DNA of 64,000 nt from contig JAUCBJ010001794.1 in assembly GCA_032718475.1 (NCBI GenBank), positions 51,090-115,089 on the forward strand. Direction: 5' to 3'. This document shows, piece after piece, positions 62,903 through 64,000 of the stretch (position 1 is its first letter; each line of letters opens with the position of its first letter). The notes under the pieces are model-generated. The model saw only the letters and a program-made list of their open reading frames with translations. It was not told the DNA's origin and searched no databases. Origin of the DNA: Nemertoderma westbladi (Eukaryota; Animalia; Xenacoelomorpha). The translations under genes were made by a program, and so were the position numbers.

Positions 62903-64000
62903 CTAGAGACGGCGTCAAGACGCCGTTAAGCAAGTCGGAAGTCATCAATCAAATATAAATTCCCTCAACAATGTTTACCTATGGTCAGAATGGAAGGGCT
63001 ATTTACCTATGGTCAGAGAGAGATCCCACTCTGTAATTTGGCAATTGCTCAAATTCATTCAGTTGAATGGCACAGTAGAGTGAACTAAACTAAATTCCCT
63101 CAACAATGTTTGGCTATGGTCTGAAAGAACTAACAGTCATTCAGCTTGCACAATGTCAATCACCTACAGTATAAAACATTTAGAATGCCACAGTGTGTAT
63201 CCTGATACAGATAATAAGCAGTGATATATATATTTCAAACTATAATGTTAGTGTTAGCCTTACACAGTATCAGTATGAGGCTGAGTAAACATTCCACCTT
63301 ATAAGCATACTGCCTCCACAGAATTAATGTTGGCCGAAAGATTTAAAAATAAAACAATTATTATTATAAATACAGTGCAATCCAATAGTACCCAACACAC
63401 TGTGTAACTAACAGTCAATCAGCTTACACGTCAATTAACATAGAAGAGAGAGTAACCTTGTAGATCGCCATAGAAAGCATTGGGAAGAGTTATTCAGCTG
63501 AGGCTGTAATAGCCGGCTAACCCAGTGAATGATTATAAAGTTGGCACTGTATGTACTTCCTTGTTAGGTGGCTCCCTATAGAATAGCAAACCAACCAGTT
63601 GATGTTTGTTTGCACAGAGTGGTTGGTAGGGCCTAAACAAACAGTATGGGTGTACTGAGTACAATAATCTTGGCAACCTCATCGATTTATACTAAGCCTT
63701 GTGTAGAATTGCATTACATAAGCCATTTTCCATCAGAACACCAGCTGTCATGGGTGTTATTTTACCATTGCGCCTATGGCGTTTTTTTCGTTTATCTCTA
63801 TTTTTCGAGCCCAGAGGCTATGGACGGAGTAGCTGATCATGCCAGGGACCTTAGAATCGCGGTATCTAGATGCTGTGAAAATTTCATCAAAATCGTTAGA
63901 GTAGTTTTGGCTGTAGATCAGCCAGCCAGTCAGTCAGCCAGCCAGCCAGCCAGCCAGTCAGTCAGTCAACAATTCTTACAGTAATCAAGTCTAACGACTT
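62903..64000 (-). mobile_element. B unit, last bases cut by window edge
   Basis: B start; window ends in CAAGTCTAACGACTT. Confidence 0.83.

Larger units (their letters stand above)
1..64000 (-). repeat. Polarised head-to-tail array of 39 non-autonomous Helentron/HINE-like elements (extends beyond both window edges)
   Basis: The junction CAATTCTTACAGTAAT-[GAACCTCTCGGTTCC or CAAGTCTAACGACTTGC]-TAA|CTAG-[hairpin]-[subTIR] recurs throughout. Every unit carries the same core (GCGCCTATGGCG...AAAATTTCATCAAAATCGTTAG) next to a microsatellite. Subterminal IRs, a hairpin at each end, a microsatellite, a TT target and no TSD match Helentron/DINE-1 architecture. Confidence 0.85.

Noticed and set aside
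954-63984. Recurrent short ORFs (LRLWRFFVYV..., MGVLSTIILATSS..., MGFSFFNLIRCP..., MFAYCLSCRV...)
   Set aside because: They recur only because the DNA is repeated; frames shift and stop differently among copies and show no recognisable motifs.
1-64000. Autonomous RepHel or DDE transposase gene
   Set aside because: No long non-repetitive ORF and no HUH, Pif1 helicase or DDE/DDD motifs in the ORF track.

Overview
Eukaryotic, non-coding, repeat-only DNA (taxon not determinable; probably an invertebrate). The whole window is a head-to-tail array of 39 same-orientation, non-autonomous rolling-circle elements of Helentron/HINE (DINE-1-like, Helitron2) architecture, on the minus strand. On the + strand each unit reads CTAG, GC-rich hairpin, 9-bp subterminal repeat, variable body, conserved ~200-bp core, (CAGY)n microsatellite, small hairpin overlapping the inverted subterminal repeat, AA. 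Two end codes coexist: A (AGGAACCGA/TCGGTTCCT) and B (AGCAAGTCG/CGACTTGCT). Several body types are interleaved: A ~1.5 kb, G with a (GGCTC)n satellite, B ~1.1-1.5 kb, B-mini ~0.32 kb, and one divergent C unit. By my reading 35 of 37 scorable units have matching ends, and almost all junctions are the precise TAA|CTAG, which suggests whole elements of different families insert at each other's termini. Nested inside are a 2.7-kb TIR DNA transposon, two short LINE-like insertions, probable Tc1/mariner excision footprints and a 6019-bp-offset duplication. I see no credible protein-coding gene, RepHel transposase or RNA gene. All coordinates were read by eye.
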